Shown here piece after piece: positions 39,850 to 53,161 of a stretch of DNA of 64,000 nucleotides; position 1 is the stretch's first letter; each line of letters opens with the position of its first letter. The stretch spans positions 82,894,001 through 82,958,000 of the forward strand of contig OZ296654.1 of the NCBI GenBank assembly GCA_965655095.1. The letters are read 5' to 3'. Origin of the DNA: Haplodiscus bocki (lineage: Eukaryota). Below the pieces are notes generated by a model, which had not been told where the DNA came from, made no database searches, and was given only the letters and a program-made list of their open reading frames with translations. A program made the translations under genes and the position numbers.

Positions 39850-42300
39850 AAACTTGAATTGCTATGAAGGCAATGTAAGTGGGAAATTAAAAATTACATG
39901 TACAGCTGATCGCGGTTACAGATATTTAACAAAAATATTTTGTTGAAATCGGCCGCAGCAGTATATTCGAAACTAGCGGGGTTTTCGAATATGTCCAGAT
40001 TCGTGTTTGCATGGAAGTAGTTCACAAGTTTTGGCACTCGGTAGAAGAAATCGTGGGTCGTTCGTGTCTTCTTGACTTTCGGCAGACGGAACATAGGCTT
40101 TTCAGATAACCGGGTGTTGTATGCACCAGAATTTGGGATCGTGAAAGAGATATGTGATAAAATGGGAAAATTGCTGTAAAATCCGTCTAGTAGTCTGTTC
40201 AAGAGAATAAGCGCTCGGAGCTGTATTTCCAACGATATTGGCAGCATTTTAGCTTTCGATAAGCGTTCTTTGTAGTTGGATCCAGGGAAGGCCCTTTTTA
40301 ACGCTCGAGATTGTAAAAGTTGTAGACGTGTCAAGTCTGTCTCACTTAGGCACCAAATTTCAGAGGCGTATAAAAGTGTAGAAAGAATGCAGGATTCAAA
40401 TAAAGTGATCTTCGTGTGCCAGTGGGTGTTGGGCGACATTGATCTCTTGAGGTTGTAGAAGGTTGAATACGCAAATTTAACTTTAAGTTCGATATTGCTT
40501 GACCAGGAGAGGTTAGAGCAGGACAGGGATAGCAGTGTTTTCGATCTTTAGCGATAGTCCTAGAGAACTCTTACCAAAAGCGATAAAGTTTGTTTTGCTT
40601 AAACTGAAAGTCATAAGGTTCTCCTGTGCCCAACGAAGACAGCTGTGGAAGTCCCGCTCTAGGGCAGGGAGATCCGAGCTGATCGATTTGCAGTCATCAG
40701 CAAAAAGGAACATGAGGAACTCAGAACAGCTGTTAGGCAAATTATCTGTGAAAACGAGGAAGGGTAGGGGACCCAAGATAGAGCCTTCCGGAACCCCACT
40801 GATAATGACACGGAAAGTAGAGCTGGTCCCATTTATTTCAACACATTGTTTTCGTCCGATCAGATAGCTGTGGATAAGTTTGGGCAAATTACCTCCAATT
40901 CCAAAAGTGTCTGAGTTTCGTAAGTATTAGATGGTGGGGCACTGTGTCGAAGGCCTTTGCAAAGTATAGATAGAACGCATACAGTTCATTGTTCTTCTCG
41001 TTCGCGTAGTAAGCCTCAGTTAGAAAGAGTAAGAGTTGTGTGTTAGTGCTTCGGCCCTTTAGAAAACCAAATTGCCGGGTGCACATTTTTGGGGCAATGA
41101 ACTTGTACAATTTCTTAAAAATTACCCTTTCAAACGAGAGGGAGAGTTTGGAAAGTAGACTAATGGGCCGATAACATGCTACATCCTGCTTTTGGCCGGA
41201 TTTGAATATGGGGGTCATTTTCGCGATTTTCCGTTCTTCAGGTTAGATAGCACTATGTAGAATACTTTGAAATAACTCGTACACATGAAAGCTGAGTTCG
41301 TAACAGCATGTTTTCAGGAAGTCACCACTGATTGCGTCATGTCCCTTTCCAGGAGTAGACAAATACAACGCATCAAAAACATCTTTTTGTGTAATTTGTA
41401 CAGCATTAATCTCATTATCACTGAAGTCACTGAAAGCTGACGTTTTTTGGTAGAAGACACTGGCAAAGAGAGCGTTGAAGACTTCAGCGATGTCAACATT
41501 TTGCACTCCTGCGCCGTGAAACGAAACCTCCAATTTATTCAATGAAGTTGAATTTTTGTTAGTTATTCTTTGCTAAAAATGCGTTCAAAACTGAAAAAAA
41601 GAAACTAGGATACTTCATCGACTCCTGATGCAACAAAAAAATTGGAAGTCCTCAAGCAATCCATCAAATTCTTGCGACAAACGGCAATTCATTGAATTTT
41701 CTGAAGACCTTCTGTTAGTTACATGCTCCTTCAAAATGCATAACCGCAAAGTTGACTTTCGGGCCAAGGCTGTGAGATGATAATTTTCTTTAGCATTAGT
41801 ATTTATCTCTCTGATGCAAGCGAATACACGATCCCAATGACTGATATACGTAAGCATTGCATCAAAGTGGACCCTCCTGGGCGGTTTGTCTACGAGAGCC
41901 CTAAGATTTGTTTATTTGTATCTTTTCTCGGAAAATTTCGTTGCAACGACACAGGTTTTCGTAGTTTTTCTGACGAAAGTCGTGACATAATGCTCTGTTT
42001 TTTTTGTTGCGTTCCGTTATTGCACAATGGTCTGAAGAAAAACTCATAAAATGTTCTCACCAGTATGTCACGGAAATTGTCCGCGGAATGTTTGTTTGTT
42101 CAGGGTTTTAAGGTCTGTCTGACCATGTACCCCAACCAGAAAAAGAAAGATTGGAAGAAACTTTTTTTGTTTCAGAAAGGAAATTATCAATATCAGTTTT
42201 GTTTTGACACAAGTTTTTTGCAGGAAGTTCTCCTGCAGATTGGATATTGGATACGATTTAAGGTAGGAAATGGTTCCATAGAGTAACATACCGCACAATA
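39850..42300 (-). mobile_element. CR1/L2-type LINE, RT region, frameshifted
   Basis: PIFKSG..YRPISLL, QFGFLKGRST, FAKAFDTVPH, SGVPEGSILGP, LFADDCK. Confidence 0.92.
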
Positions 42301-42339
42301 AAATGGTTTCATAGTAAGTTTTATGATAAGTAATCAAAA

Positions 42340-44700
42340 AAGCACGTGTTACGTTTTGACGGAATGTGGAAAAAAATATTTGTGACGAAATGTTTCGACA
42401 ATTTCGCTGACATGGAAATCAAAAATCACACTTCTGTCGGTATTCACATCTAAAAAAGTTGACATTTTTGAGTTGCGGGAGTACTTTTTCTTCAAAAATA
42501 ACAATTTTGTTTCACGATTTGATTGTAACTTATCGTGTCTGAAAAAATTTGAAAGCATCTTGTTTCCAGCAAACCACGAGCCACTTTCAGCATGATCTTC
42601 ATTCAGAAGATTTTAATCTTAGGTTCGTAAAATAAGTTAGTAGTATCTCTGAAAAGTTAGGGCTTAAGGTGTTGATCATTGTTTCACCGATCCATATAGT
42701 CAAAAATAGAACAACAAAGGACGAAGTGTTGAACCCTGTGGAGGTCCGTATACCAAAAAGAGAAACATCCGCAATTTTTACACTGTGATACTTGTGTGAA
42801 AAAAAAGTGGAACCAAACAAACGCAACACCTCTGATGCCGTCCTAGTCTAATCTGATCACTAGTCAAACGTAGTCTGTTGTATCAAATGCTTTCTTAATG
42901 TCCCGACAAATGCAACAACACACCTTACGTTTTGCATTTCCTAACTTTTCAGTTCTATCTACCCGAGCATCAGTGATCGAATTTTTAACGTGGAAGCCGA
43001 ACTGCTTTTTTTAAAAACACATTTGATCTAATCAAGAAACCATCGATGCAGTTATACATAGTTATCTCAAATTTTTGCTCGAAGATTGAGGAAAAGAGAT
43101 ACGCTTATGATTTTCAACTTTTGTTTCTAAGCAGATGCGTATATTGGTGTTATTGTAGTGATTTCGCGGGAATCGGGAAAAACATTTTGAGAAATTGAGC
43201 TAATATCCTAAACGAACTAGAGTTGAGCTAATCTATGTGCGCAGTCATACAAAGTTTTAATTGAAACTCCATCATTGCCAGTTGTCTTTCATATCAAGCT
43301 TCAATATTAGATTAAAGTTTTCTGTAGTAGTACAGTGATGCCGGAAAATTGGTTGCCTTTTTTGGGCATGCTCTCATTAACGTTCCATTAGACGATGAAT
43401 TGAAACCTTCTTGTTTTACGTCACCTTTCGACTTTTTCTTTATTTCTAAAGTTCAGCAATTTTTGTTGATTTATATTTAATTTACTTGACATTTTTCTGA
43501 ATTTGGATTGGCAGCTGATGGTTTTCGTCCACTCAGTTTTTGTAATTGTTTGAAAAACAAATAATTGTCTTTATCAAGGAAATTGTCAATTTGTCAAAAA
43601 AGTGCAAGGTTTTCCTGGATCTGATAGTAATGTTAAACTTGCTTGTCAATGAATTTTTTTCTCCAGTGAAGTTCATTGGGTGGAGCAATTGTTTCACGAT
43701 AAACGATATACCTCTTTTCGAGCATTTCTTTGGAAAAAATTTCAAACCCTGAACTAATTTTCTTTTTCTTTTTCACTTCAGCATACTTTGTATATTCAGC
43801 AATTGTTTGTTTGAAGATTTTCACTGAAGGATTCACATCAACGTGAACACAATCATTCAGGCTCATTAATGGCAACTTTTGTTCCAGGCTTTCTAAAAGT
43901 TTAATACTTTCGGCGGGCGTTTTAGAGAAATGGAAAAGTTTTTCTGTTTTTCTTAGAGGGTTTCTGCAATGAGAACATGTTCGAGACCTGTGTAGCATAA
44001 CGGTTGGCGGTGTCAACACATACAGTTTGACTATTAAAAGTTCGCAAGCTTTTGGTGTGTCTTGCTTGACCATTTACAGTTTTTGAAGTCGTAGTTGAAC
44101 GAGTTGGCGTGTCTAGCATCTGTGTACGTCCGTTTTGTGTTAGAACAAGAAATTTTTTTTCACTATTTTAAACTTTGGTGGAAGATCAGTTTTGAAATCT
44201 CCAATTTTCAAACAAAACCAATTGATTTTTGCAAATGTTTTCGGTATTCATCAAAGTGCGGTAGAACTTCTCTGTTTGAAATTCAAGGAGATTCTTTTAC
44301 ACAGTTCATTGATTTGCTTTGTTCGTAAACATTGAATAGTCAAGTTACTGAATGTTCTATACGCGTGATCAGTTATCTCGAACAAAATGTTTTGAAGATT
44401 ATGAATAGCTCCTACGTTACCTTTATAAAATTAACCAGCACTAAAAAGCCTATAGTCATTCAGTTCATACTGCTCGTATGGTTGATCAGTTCAAAGCCAT
44501 GTCTCGCAAAGACATACTATGCTTGGTTTAGGTTGCTTTTTATCAATTGAGTTTTGTACAACATGGAGTTGTTTACTGAGTGATTGAATTTTCAACGAAA
44601 GTTTATTCCGTTCACACTTCCCGTTCAACAGCTTCGGTTGATGAACTACTCTGTTTTTGATGTGTCTATATTTTTTTTGCAATACTTCGGCTGAAAAAGA
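42340..44700 (-). mobile_element. Second, older APE-type LINE (endonuclease + RT remnants)
   Basis: KIQSL..IVCLCETWL (APE), PTRSTTTSKT, QFGF at ~43000, KAFDT at ~42885, GPPQGSTLRPLLF at ~42720. Confidence 0.75.
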
Positions 44701-45399
44701 GTCTAAACAGAAGGGTCTCTAAGAACAAGTACCTGGAAATTTTTACCTCCTTGTTTCCAGAGCCTAACCAACAGACTGTTAGAAGGCCAGAAAGCCGTAT
44801 CGAACCACGTGTTGAAAAGGTGTAAATTTAACCTGAGCGTGAAAAAAAAGAAAAACATCGAAAACAGCGCAGGTAGGTTGTAAAGATCAGCAAGTTTACT
44901 ACTATCTACCCTACGGTTTGAAGCAATCAATTGATCAGCTGTTATTCTACTGTTGACATCATAGCATTTTTCATTGACTAAACTTTGTTCAAGATTTTTT
45001 TTTGGATTCATTTAGAGGCACAAAAATCTCGGACACAGGACCACACATTAGGAAAATTTCATCGTAACATTTGTCCTGGAAATGTTTCCTTCGAAAGAAG
45101 AGTATCTCGAAAACTTCTGCGCGTCAGCACGTACTTTTTTTCCCTTCCTGAACCATAACATGTGCCTTTCTAGCTGTTCTCCTAGAAGCCTTTGACCGCT
45201 CTGAAGTGTCTACTATTGTTCGTGTTATCCGGAGGATTTACTGTTTTTTCCAAACAAAATTCTATTTTTTTTGGTTTTTCCAAGTTTGCTACTTCACGCT
45301 CAAAAACAGGTTGACCAAAATTGCTTCATTAGACGGGGTATAAATCAATTTGAGATCTCGTACCACCATTTTGGCATCAAGACCCAACTCATTCATTTT

Positions 45400-48000
45400 A
45401 GCGTTCCGTTATGGTTTTGAAAGAGTTGACACAATTGTGGTTGGGAAAATTTGATTATTTGATTACATTTAACGACACGTTCGTCGGTTGATAGTAGAAG
45501 CTGTGAAGGGAATTGTCTGGCCAAAACGGTGAATTTTTCTTCAACGTTCACCTCCAAGACAGAACACAGATAATCCCAGTTTAATTTACTATGGTCCAAT
45601 CTAATTCCAGAAAAATCTAGAGGTTTATTTTTTACGCAGATTTGGAGGCTCTCAATGTTGCAGTAAATGTTGCGAAAGGGAAAAGTACAGTTGTCCTTGA
45701 ACGTCGCATTCCGGCTAACTATAGGGCCATTCTAGTGGATGGTCGAACCAATACTGTTTTTGCCGGGTCCTTTTACTGCGGTGAGGATAGTAATAGTACT
45801 CTGATGAACTGCCTCCGTAGATGGAACAATTGGTGCGACTCGGAACGGCAGAAATATAAAAATATAAATGATGTAATGAGTAAAAGTCACCAGGAGGCCT
45901 ACTTAGCGTCCGTTGTGGATATGAATTGCTGTATCTGCAATGATTTTGTTGCTGTTTCCCCTGTTATACATCATTGCCATTCGACGGGGAAAGTTTTTGG
46001 AATAGCTCATTCCAATTGCAACTTGCGTGCTCAGACGGAACGCATTCTTCCTGTGCTGTTCTACAACCTATAAAAATATGATGCCCATCATAGTTTGAAA
46101 TCGTTGATTGTTCGTCTTGGCGAGAAACTTTCAGCCATTAGCAGAACCGATCAAATGTATAGTTCTTTCAGTCTACGAATTATATCTTCTGAATACATAT
46201 GCAAAGATGGAAGACAAGTGCCTCTTTACAGCGAAATTCGTTTCTTGGACAGTTTCAAATTTATGTCTCATAGCCTTGAAAGTCTTGCAAAAACTATGCA
46301 GACCTCATCACTCCAACTGCTTCGAAACAAGTTTTCGGACATGAGCGATTTTCATTTTGAAAAAATTCGAGCCAAAGGTTTTTTTCCTTCACATTTATTT
46401 GGACAACTTTGAAAAATTTCCCCAACTTTTTCCTGCTTACGGCGACGCTTGTAGAAACCGTTTGTTTGGAAAAAAAGACATTAGTGAACGAGAATATGAA
46501 AAGGCAATGGAGTTTTATACACTGATGCGTTGCAACAACTTTGGTGACTATCACGATTTTTATTTGACTCTCGATGTCTATCTCCTAGCAGATATCTCTG
46601 AAGCTTTCCGTAGTGTTTGTCTCAAAGAGTATCACTTGGACCCAGTTCATATTTTTTCAGCTCCATACTTGAGTTGGGAAGGGTTGTTAAATACCACTAA
46701 AGTTGATCTCAGTCTCTTGAGTGATATTGACATGTTGCTATTTTGTGAGCGAGCCATTTGTGGTGGCATCAATTGAATCGGTGCTATGAGGCACTTCAAA
46801 GCCAACAAACAAGTACATGGAAGACTTTGATAAGTCTCAGCCATCTGTGTTTGAGGATTTCTTTGATGTTACATCACTCTATGCCGGAACGATGCAACAG
46901 CCTCTACCATTTGGCAATTATAAATGGCGAAACGACTTGACCATCGATGACATTCTGAATGCAGACTTCTTCGGTGGCGTGGGGTCCATCGTTGAAATTG
47001 ATTTGGAGTATCCTCCTCATTTGCATGACCATCACAACGATTTGCCGCTTGCTCCCGCAAAATTACCAATCAAAACTGAATGGCTATCGGACCATGCCAA
47101 GTCTTTTAGAATTCCAGCATCGCGAGTTGCCAAGCTGGTGGAAATTCTTTTCGATAAAAACTTCTATATTTGCCATTTTAAAAACTTGAAGTTTTACGTG
47201 GGGAAAGGTTTAACGGTAAAGCGCCTTCATCGTGTGGTTCAATTTGATCAAAGTTGCTGGTTTGGTATTTATATCTCAATGGAAAATTTGCGAAAAAGTA
47301 GACAAACCAAGTTTTTGTCGACTGAACCTGAGGCAAAAACCTGCACACTAAAACCCACTTTTTTGAATTTTCAAATTATTCACGAAAGCCTTGTGTCAGG
47401 TAACTTGACACAGTCTTCAGTTTGTTGGAAGAAGCCGAGGCCTGTCGGGGCCGCTATACTGGACTCATCAAAATTTGTTCCCTACAAATTTCATTATAAT
47501 GAAGTGAAACCGAAGTTTCGAGATAGGCTCAAAGTCGTGTACAAAGACACCAATTTTTTGTTTTATCGAATAGAAACCGATGATCTCTACTCTGATATGG
47601 AGTCTTTCCAGCATTTGCTCGATTTTTCGGATTATCCCCAAAATCTCAAATTGTTCGTTTCTACAAACAAAAAAATACCACTCACAATGAAAGATAAAAT
47701 GAAAGGTCAAATCATGTTGGAAGCCACTTGTCTCCGCTCCAAACTCTATAGCATCAATTATGAAAGTGGGATCCAACAGAGTGCGAAAGGTGTCCAAAAG
47801 TGCTTGAAAAAAACCCTTCACTACGATCTATTCAATGATGTTTGGTCTTCAAGAGGAAACATTCGTAAGAACGTGAACCAAATTCAATCTCAACAGCATC
47901 AATTGCTCGTGATTCAAATCAACAAAACTGTCGTGTTTGCCTTTGACGACAAACGCTTCATCTTGGAGGATGGAATTCAGTCTTTCCCTAGGGTCATTAT
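45400..48000 (+). pseudogene. Protein-primed family B DNA polymerase with endonuclease-VII/HNH-like module
   Basis: HHCHSTG..AHSNCNL, FYNL*KYDAH, RFLDSFKFM, YLTLDVYLLAD, DVTSLYAGTM, EIDLEYP, YKDTN (degenerate YxDTDS), FDDKRF; stops and frameshifts. Confidence 0.93.
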
Positions 48001-48569
48001 TTCCTCGAGCAAACAAGTACTTTTCGTAATGTTCTTTTGGGTTCCACTGAAATTTCGCTTGAACATTATGGACTCCTATCTTTTAATATTGTTAAGATGG
48101 CCCACATGTACACAGTGAGCTAAGAAAAACCACGGCAGTTCTTGGAGATGATGATGAATGTGAAACCCACTCCACAACTTCTTCATCAGCTTCACTGAGT
48201 CATCGCCGAGCAGAAATTGTCTCTGCAGCCTATTGCTCATGACCTTCATCTACTGCAAGTTACTGTACGCCCTTAAGCACTTTTCAATTTGCATATATCT
48301 CAGTGTTCCTTCAATTTTCTTTTTGCTCTTCTCTCAGGTACCATTGATCCCGGTTTAATACCTCGCTCGGATGATGAAAATGTTGATGACGACGACTCGT
48401 CGAACATTGTCGATATCGACAATCTCACTGATTGTGATGAAGATGACGACCAGCCAGGAAAAAATGTTCTTATATACTCAGCGAAGCCTCAGAAATTGAA
48501 GATGGTGATGATGATGAGGAGGAAGAACCATGAAAAAACATTTGGATTTATAATCTTTATCGTAAATAT

Positions 48570-49076
48570 ATAGTCAAAAAGCTATAATCCGTTTTATAAT
48601 GGTATTTCACAAACCGCACCAGTGTTTGCTCATCAACCATCCTCTTTGGAATCGTTTTTGCATTAGTTGCAAAGTTTTCACATTTTGGTAGATGATGTTC
48701 CATCAGTAGGCAATAACAACCACAACAGTTGGAGAAATTGCTCTGAAGAGGATGGTTGAAAACTAAAACTTTTTAAAACATATTCATTTTTCTCGTGTAC
48801 GGTCTTTTGTAAGTTTTTGGTTCGTTTCCCAAACTATCCCAAAGTACAATGCACGGATCTTTTTTCCCCAGACTGTTTTTTTTGACGACAAAGTAAAACC
48901 CAGTGTTTTCCCAGTAGGTAGCTTGGTTCTGTATTCACAATTTGAAAAAACGCTTTCCCGTCTTCTTCGTTGTCATTACACATTGACGGGAAGTTGTCAG
49001 CACTCCAGACTCCACGAAAGATTTCAGTGAGATGATTGCACTGCAAAGCCAACTTTTGGAGACTGAAGTTGTCCAT
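48570..49076 (-). pseudogene. Adenain-like maturation cysteine protease
   Basis: GVWSADNFP, IVNT..GKHWVLL (His), DSLG, PLQSNFSNCCG (Gln..Cys); frameshifted. Confidence 0.88.
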
Positions 49077-49104
49077 TAGGTGTTGTTAAGATCGCACAAT
49101 CTTC

Positions 49105-50452
49105 AGAGTAATGAATTTTTGGTTATGTTTCGCTACGAATCTATAAAAATTTGACTGAGTCTTTCAGCAATGACAAACAGTTCGACTGTTTTTTCCAAGG
49201 CCTTTTCAAACAGTAACTTCAGCGTAAGACTAGCTCCAGTGAGCACAGGAAACCACGTTAAGCTCTTTGAAGCTTTTCTCGTGGATGTTAGGTCGAATAC
49301 CAAAACAAATTGATCCTCAAATTCTTGAATGCAATCCCATTTCCTCCGCAGCTGCTAGAAAATCCAAGTGAACAAATTGTGTTGTAGTAGGCTCTCATCC
49401 TTCCAGTCCGCATATCCAACGGTGTTCCCGGAATTGGAACTCCATTTCCTCACGTAATTTCCAGCCGTTGTAGCTCAAAAGGTTGATTGTGAAAAGGGTC
49501 AGTCTCCATTGTTCCACGGAGCTGCTCATTGGTTGCCATGCATAACGTTAGTCGACTCACGGGAACTGTTCCTAAAAGATTTCCTTTCACAAAAGTAGTT
49601 TGTCCAGCTTGAATGATGAAAATTTGTTCATCATTTCAATGTAGGGGTAATGCGCTGGCGCGTTGATTAGTGCTTTTTCTATTGGCAGACGTACAGAATC
49701 CTTCACAATCATTTTCGTCACAAACACTGAAGCTCTTTCAATAACGATCACAAATTTATCGTCTTTTTCAGCTGAAGATTGTAGGGAAAAGTCGTTGCTC
49801 GATCGATGAAGGCATAAGTGCAGTCTGGCGCCTGGCAGCAAAAGCTTTTCGCACTCAAAGAAACCAATGTGAGGGGCTCCAACAAATTTGAGTTCGTTTT
49901 TTGTGCATTTTCCTTGCTTGAATTCTTTTTTTTCCACTTATATATTTCTTCAACTGTGCTTTTGTCTCCTTGGTATTGATAACCCTGAGTTTCAGCCCAG
50001 GTTGTTTCGGAGTCCAAGTCTGTGGTCATTTCCGTCTCAATAAAGGTCGAGTGATGGTAAGCATTGTTGCTGGTTGATATCAGTATCCCGTGCAGAAAAA
50101 CTTCAGCCAGCGAAAAAGGACTGTGGAGCGTGTTGTTTGTAAAACAGACTGGAATAGATTCCTCGGCAGGGGTTTTTCCATCTGTATCATAGATTGCGCA
50201 TTCCAAGTCAAGTTTGATTTTGTTCAAGTCAATCAAGTTTCTGCTGTCGGACGTAACAACAAAATCGAGTTGCGGGCCACGGCAGCCAACTTGTGGAAAC
50301 ATTTCTTGGTCGTGAGATTTTTAATACTTTATCAACACTGACGTTCTCTCAAAAAAATCGAGAGCACTGTGGGTTAACGGGTTGGCCACGTATGATGCTC
50401 GACCATGAAATTGTGGGTGAGTTGCGTTGCTTGTACCACAATTACTGTTCAT
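49105..50452 (-). pseudogene. Polinton double-jelly-roll major capsid protein
   Basis: ATG 50452 in frame with FPQVG..LDF..IDLN, NNTLHSPFS, SNNAYHH..FIETE; also FFECEKLLLPG and VFDLTST; several disruptions. Confidence 0.88.
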
Positions 50453-50456
50453 TTTG

Positions 50457-50971
50457 TCACACGGAGGAGTTGTTGTTGAATTTCACGTTTGCCAAAATAT
50501 CCAGCCGACTTTTTTTTGCACACTTTTTGTTTGAATTGACTAAGGAGGACGATGATTTGGCTGTAAACGTTGCTTTTTTTCCGGCCTGACGGCCTGCCGC
50601 CAGTTGCTCGCCCGCCCGCCGCAGCGCCGTCGCCGCCCGTCGCGCCGCCAGCCGCGGCGTGTGTTTCAACTAATTTTGCCATAACTTTTTTCGCGCTGTC
50701 TTTTAATGTTCGTCTTTTAATGCAGCTTTAACGCCTGTTTTTTCTTTTCCCCCTTAATTAGATTTACAACTTCGGGCAAAGCCTCTTCCAAAATACTCTG
50801 CCCCACTTGCTTCAAAAAAGGGCCTACATTTTTCTTCAAGAGCGGCACGGCTGTGCGTCCAACGCGTAGTGCAAAAACTCCCAATCCGGCCCCTGAACCA
50901 AACTGTCTTGCAGGCCCGTGAAACCTACCTACACTACCACTGGCCATGTGAGATGCGTAGTACGAATCCAT
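50457..50971 (-). pseudogene. Cupiennin-like basic core/membrane-active protein (frameshifted)
   Basis: MDSYY..FHGPARQFGSGAGLGVFALRVGRTAVPLLKK amphipathic N-terminus, Gly/Ala/Arg-rich middle, KKSRLDIL end; lies between penton and MCP. Confidence 0.65.
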
Positions 50972-51044
50972 GATGACGACGATGATTTTGCTGATGGTGA
51001 TGGTGATGATGATGATGATAATTGCACCGGACCCGCACAACTGC

Positions 51045-51891
51045 TCATAAAAGTTGACTGTAACCGATTGACGAGGCTTTTTTGCGTCGTCGAAAGGACA
51101 ATGTGATATTGGTTCTACCAATGCTCACAAAGGCATCAGTTGACCACTCTCGTTGCAGTGGCTGACTGTGATTGGTTGAAAGTCGCTCTTTTTCAGTCGC
51201 TTCCATTGCATCTTGTCGAAAGTTCAGTAGCAAGTTGCTCCAGTGGATGCTACGTTTTGTTGCAATGGGATCACTCTCAGTAGTGCTGCGTGAGAATCAC
51301 CCAAAATTTCGTGTTCTACCAAATCACAATAAATGAACATTGTATGTCCGCCTCCTTGCAAATCGACCGAAAAGTGCCTAGTGATGCGAAACTTTTCTGA
51401 CGTTCTGATTCGACAATGCCACAAAATGCATCCGTCACTCCCAAAGTATTTGACAGATCATCACACTTGAACAAACTCCAGAATTGGTCCTCGGGTGCTT
51501 GACCTGTAAACGATACTTCAAGTTTCTCGCTCACTGGGTCCACCTTCCATGATACTGGAATGTTGTCGTATTCGCTGTGTTCATGGATTGTTTTGAACAA
51601 TTTTGTCATCAGAGTGTCTACCGTGGGATAAAAACCTGCTGGGACAGTTTGATTCTAATCGGGCCTCAATGGTCTGTTTGCATTATCAAAGCGACTGATT
51701 GTGATTGATCCATTTGTGATGTTTTTGAATTTTCCCGGCCAAGACACTTTTAGCAGTGCGAACTCCCAATCTCCAGTTAGCTCAACTTTGTTGGGTAATA
51801 ATATTGTGAGTCGAGCCATGGTGTTTGCCGGAAATACGTCCATGGAAGCATTCGAGACCAGGTTGATTGTGAAGTTTTGCTCAACCATCAT
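51045..51891 (-). pseudogene. Minor capsid protein (penton)
   Basis: FTINLVSNASMDVFPANT..LP..LTGDWEFAL..SWP; FIYCDLVE..GDSHAALLRVIP; ITLSFRR. Confidence 0.88.
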
Positions 51892-51922
51892 CCTCTAGCT
51901 AGCCAGCAACCAACTGCATTCT

Positions 51923-53161
51923 CAATTATATCGAAACAAAACTAATTCTTGCTCATAAAATTAGCCCTGAATCGTTTGTCCATGTTTGTCCTTGATATTG
52001 TATGTAGGAGGATTCAGCGTTGAGTTAGCTACAACTTCTAAAACTTCCTCCGTGAATTGAATTTTGTAGCCTTCATGAAGTGTTGGAACTTTCAACCGAT
52101 TTCGTACAGTGTCGCCTAATTGGTATCATGCTTTCCGAATTGGGTTGGCGTTGGCTGACAATGAAATTAAGTAAGGTACATCGTGTCTGGTAATATTTTT
52201 GGGAGCACTTTTGGTTGTTTTGTTGGGACGTGAGTTGATCAGTCTGACAATGTTTTGAATTTGATCAATGTACTTACTCGTGTTGTTTTCATGCAGGTAT
52301 TTGAACAATATTGATTTGAGGGTTCGAATATAGCAACCCGCAAAACACGACTTCTGCTCACTATGAGTACTGTACACCGTAATGTTTTTCTCCAGGCAAA
52401 ATTTTGCAAATTCCTCTTTGAACTCCTTTTCTTTGTCAACCCAGTTTTTTTCGGGTTTTTGTGTTCGCGTCATTTTCTGCAATGCTGCTCTTGTCTGTTT
52501 AGCTGACTTGTTGTCGATGGGTTCAACGAGTGAAAAAACGGCTGAGGCAGTCTACGAAAACCAAAAGGAACTTTTTTCCATCATTGTCTTTGGCCAATTC
52601 GTGCACGTCTGCCAAATCACCAGACCAGATTTCATTGATGCGGTAGGATCGAACTTTCAGTCGAGTGAAGTTGTTTTCACTCGCGCGGAACTTTGTGTAT
52701 GTTTCACTGAGTGAAAGAAATTTATCCACTTGCTTACCAGTAATTCAATTTGTTGCTGCAGCGCTCCACACCGATTGCCTCGAACCGAAAGCTGAGGGAT
52801 TGTTTGTGGTCGTGTAGAGTCTTTGTAGTGCATGAAGCGCCGGATCATAGTTTTTGGGCGCGAATCTCGTGTTTTTTGAACACCACGTACATCGGAAGTT
52901 TGGTGATCTTTCATAGTCGGCCGGTGAGTTTAAAGCACTGCAGTTGAAACGAACCCATCCGCACACGTGGAACTATATGGCTTGTGCCTTTTTGGTACTG
53001 CTTCCCGAAGTTTTCGAACAACAATGGCACTTCAAAGGTCCAGGATTTTTTTCAACTCCTGCTCTGACCAACAGTGTGCGAATAAATCCTGCTAGGCTCC
53101 TCACGTTCAGTTTAAAAGCATTCGATCCACAAAACTGATGTGGAGAACTGCTGAGCGACAT
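51923..53161 (-). pseudogene. Retroviral-like (c-)integrase with N-terminal 2A-like peptide and PHD finger
   Basis: Single frame from ATG 53161 to 52523 with two internal stops: VEKNPGP, CxxC..CGWVxxxC..CxxC, NPSAFGS, WSGDLAD..VDCLSRF; after frameshifts WVDKEKEF, YIRTLK, GYKINFTEE, FYEQEL. Confidence 0.9.

Noticed and set aside
50449-50452. ATGA overlap between the core-protein ORF and MCP
   Set aside because: The core protein more likely ends in the RLDIL frame (stop at 50457), so the overlap may be a frameshift artefact
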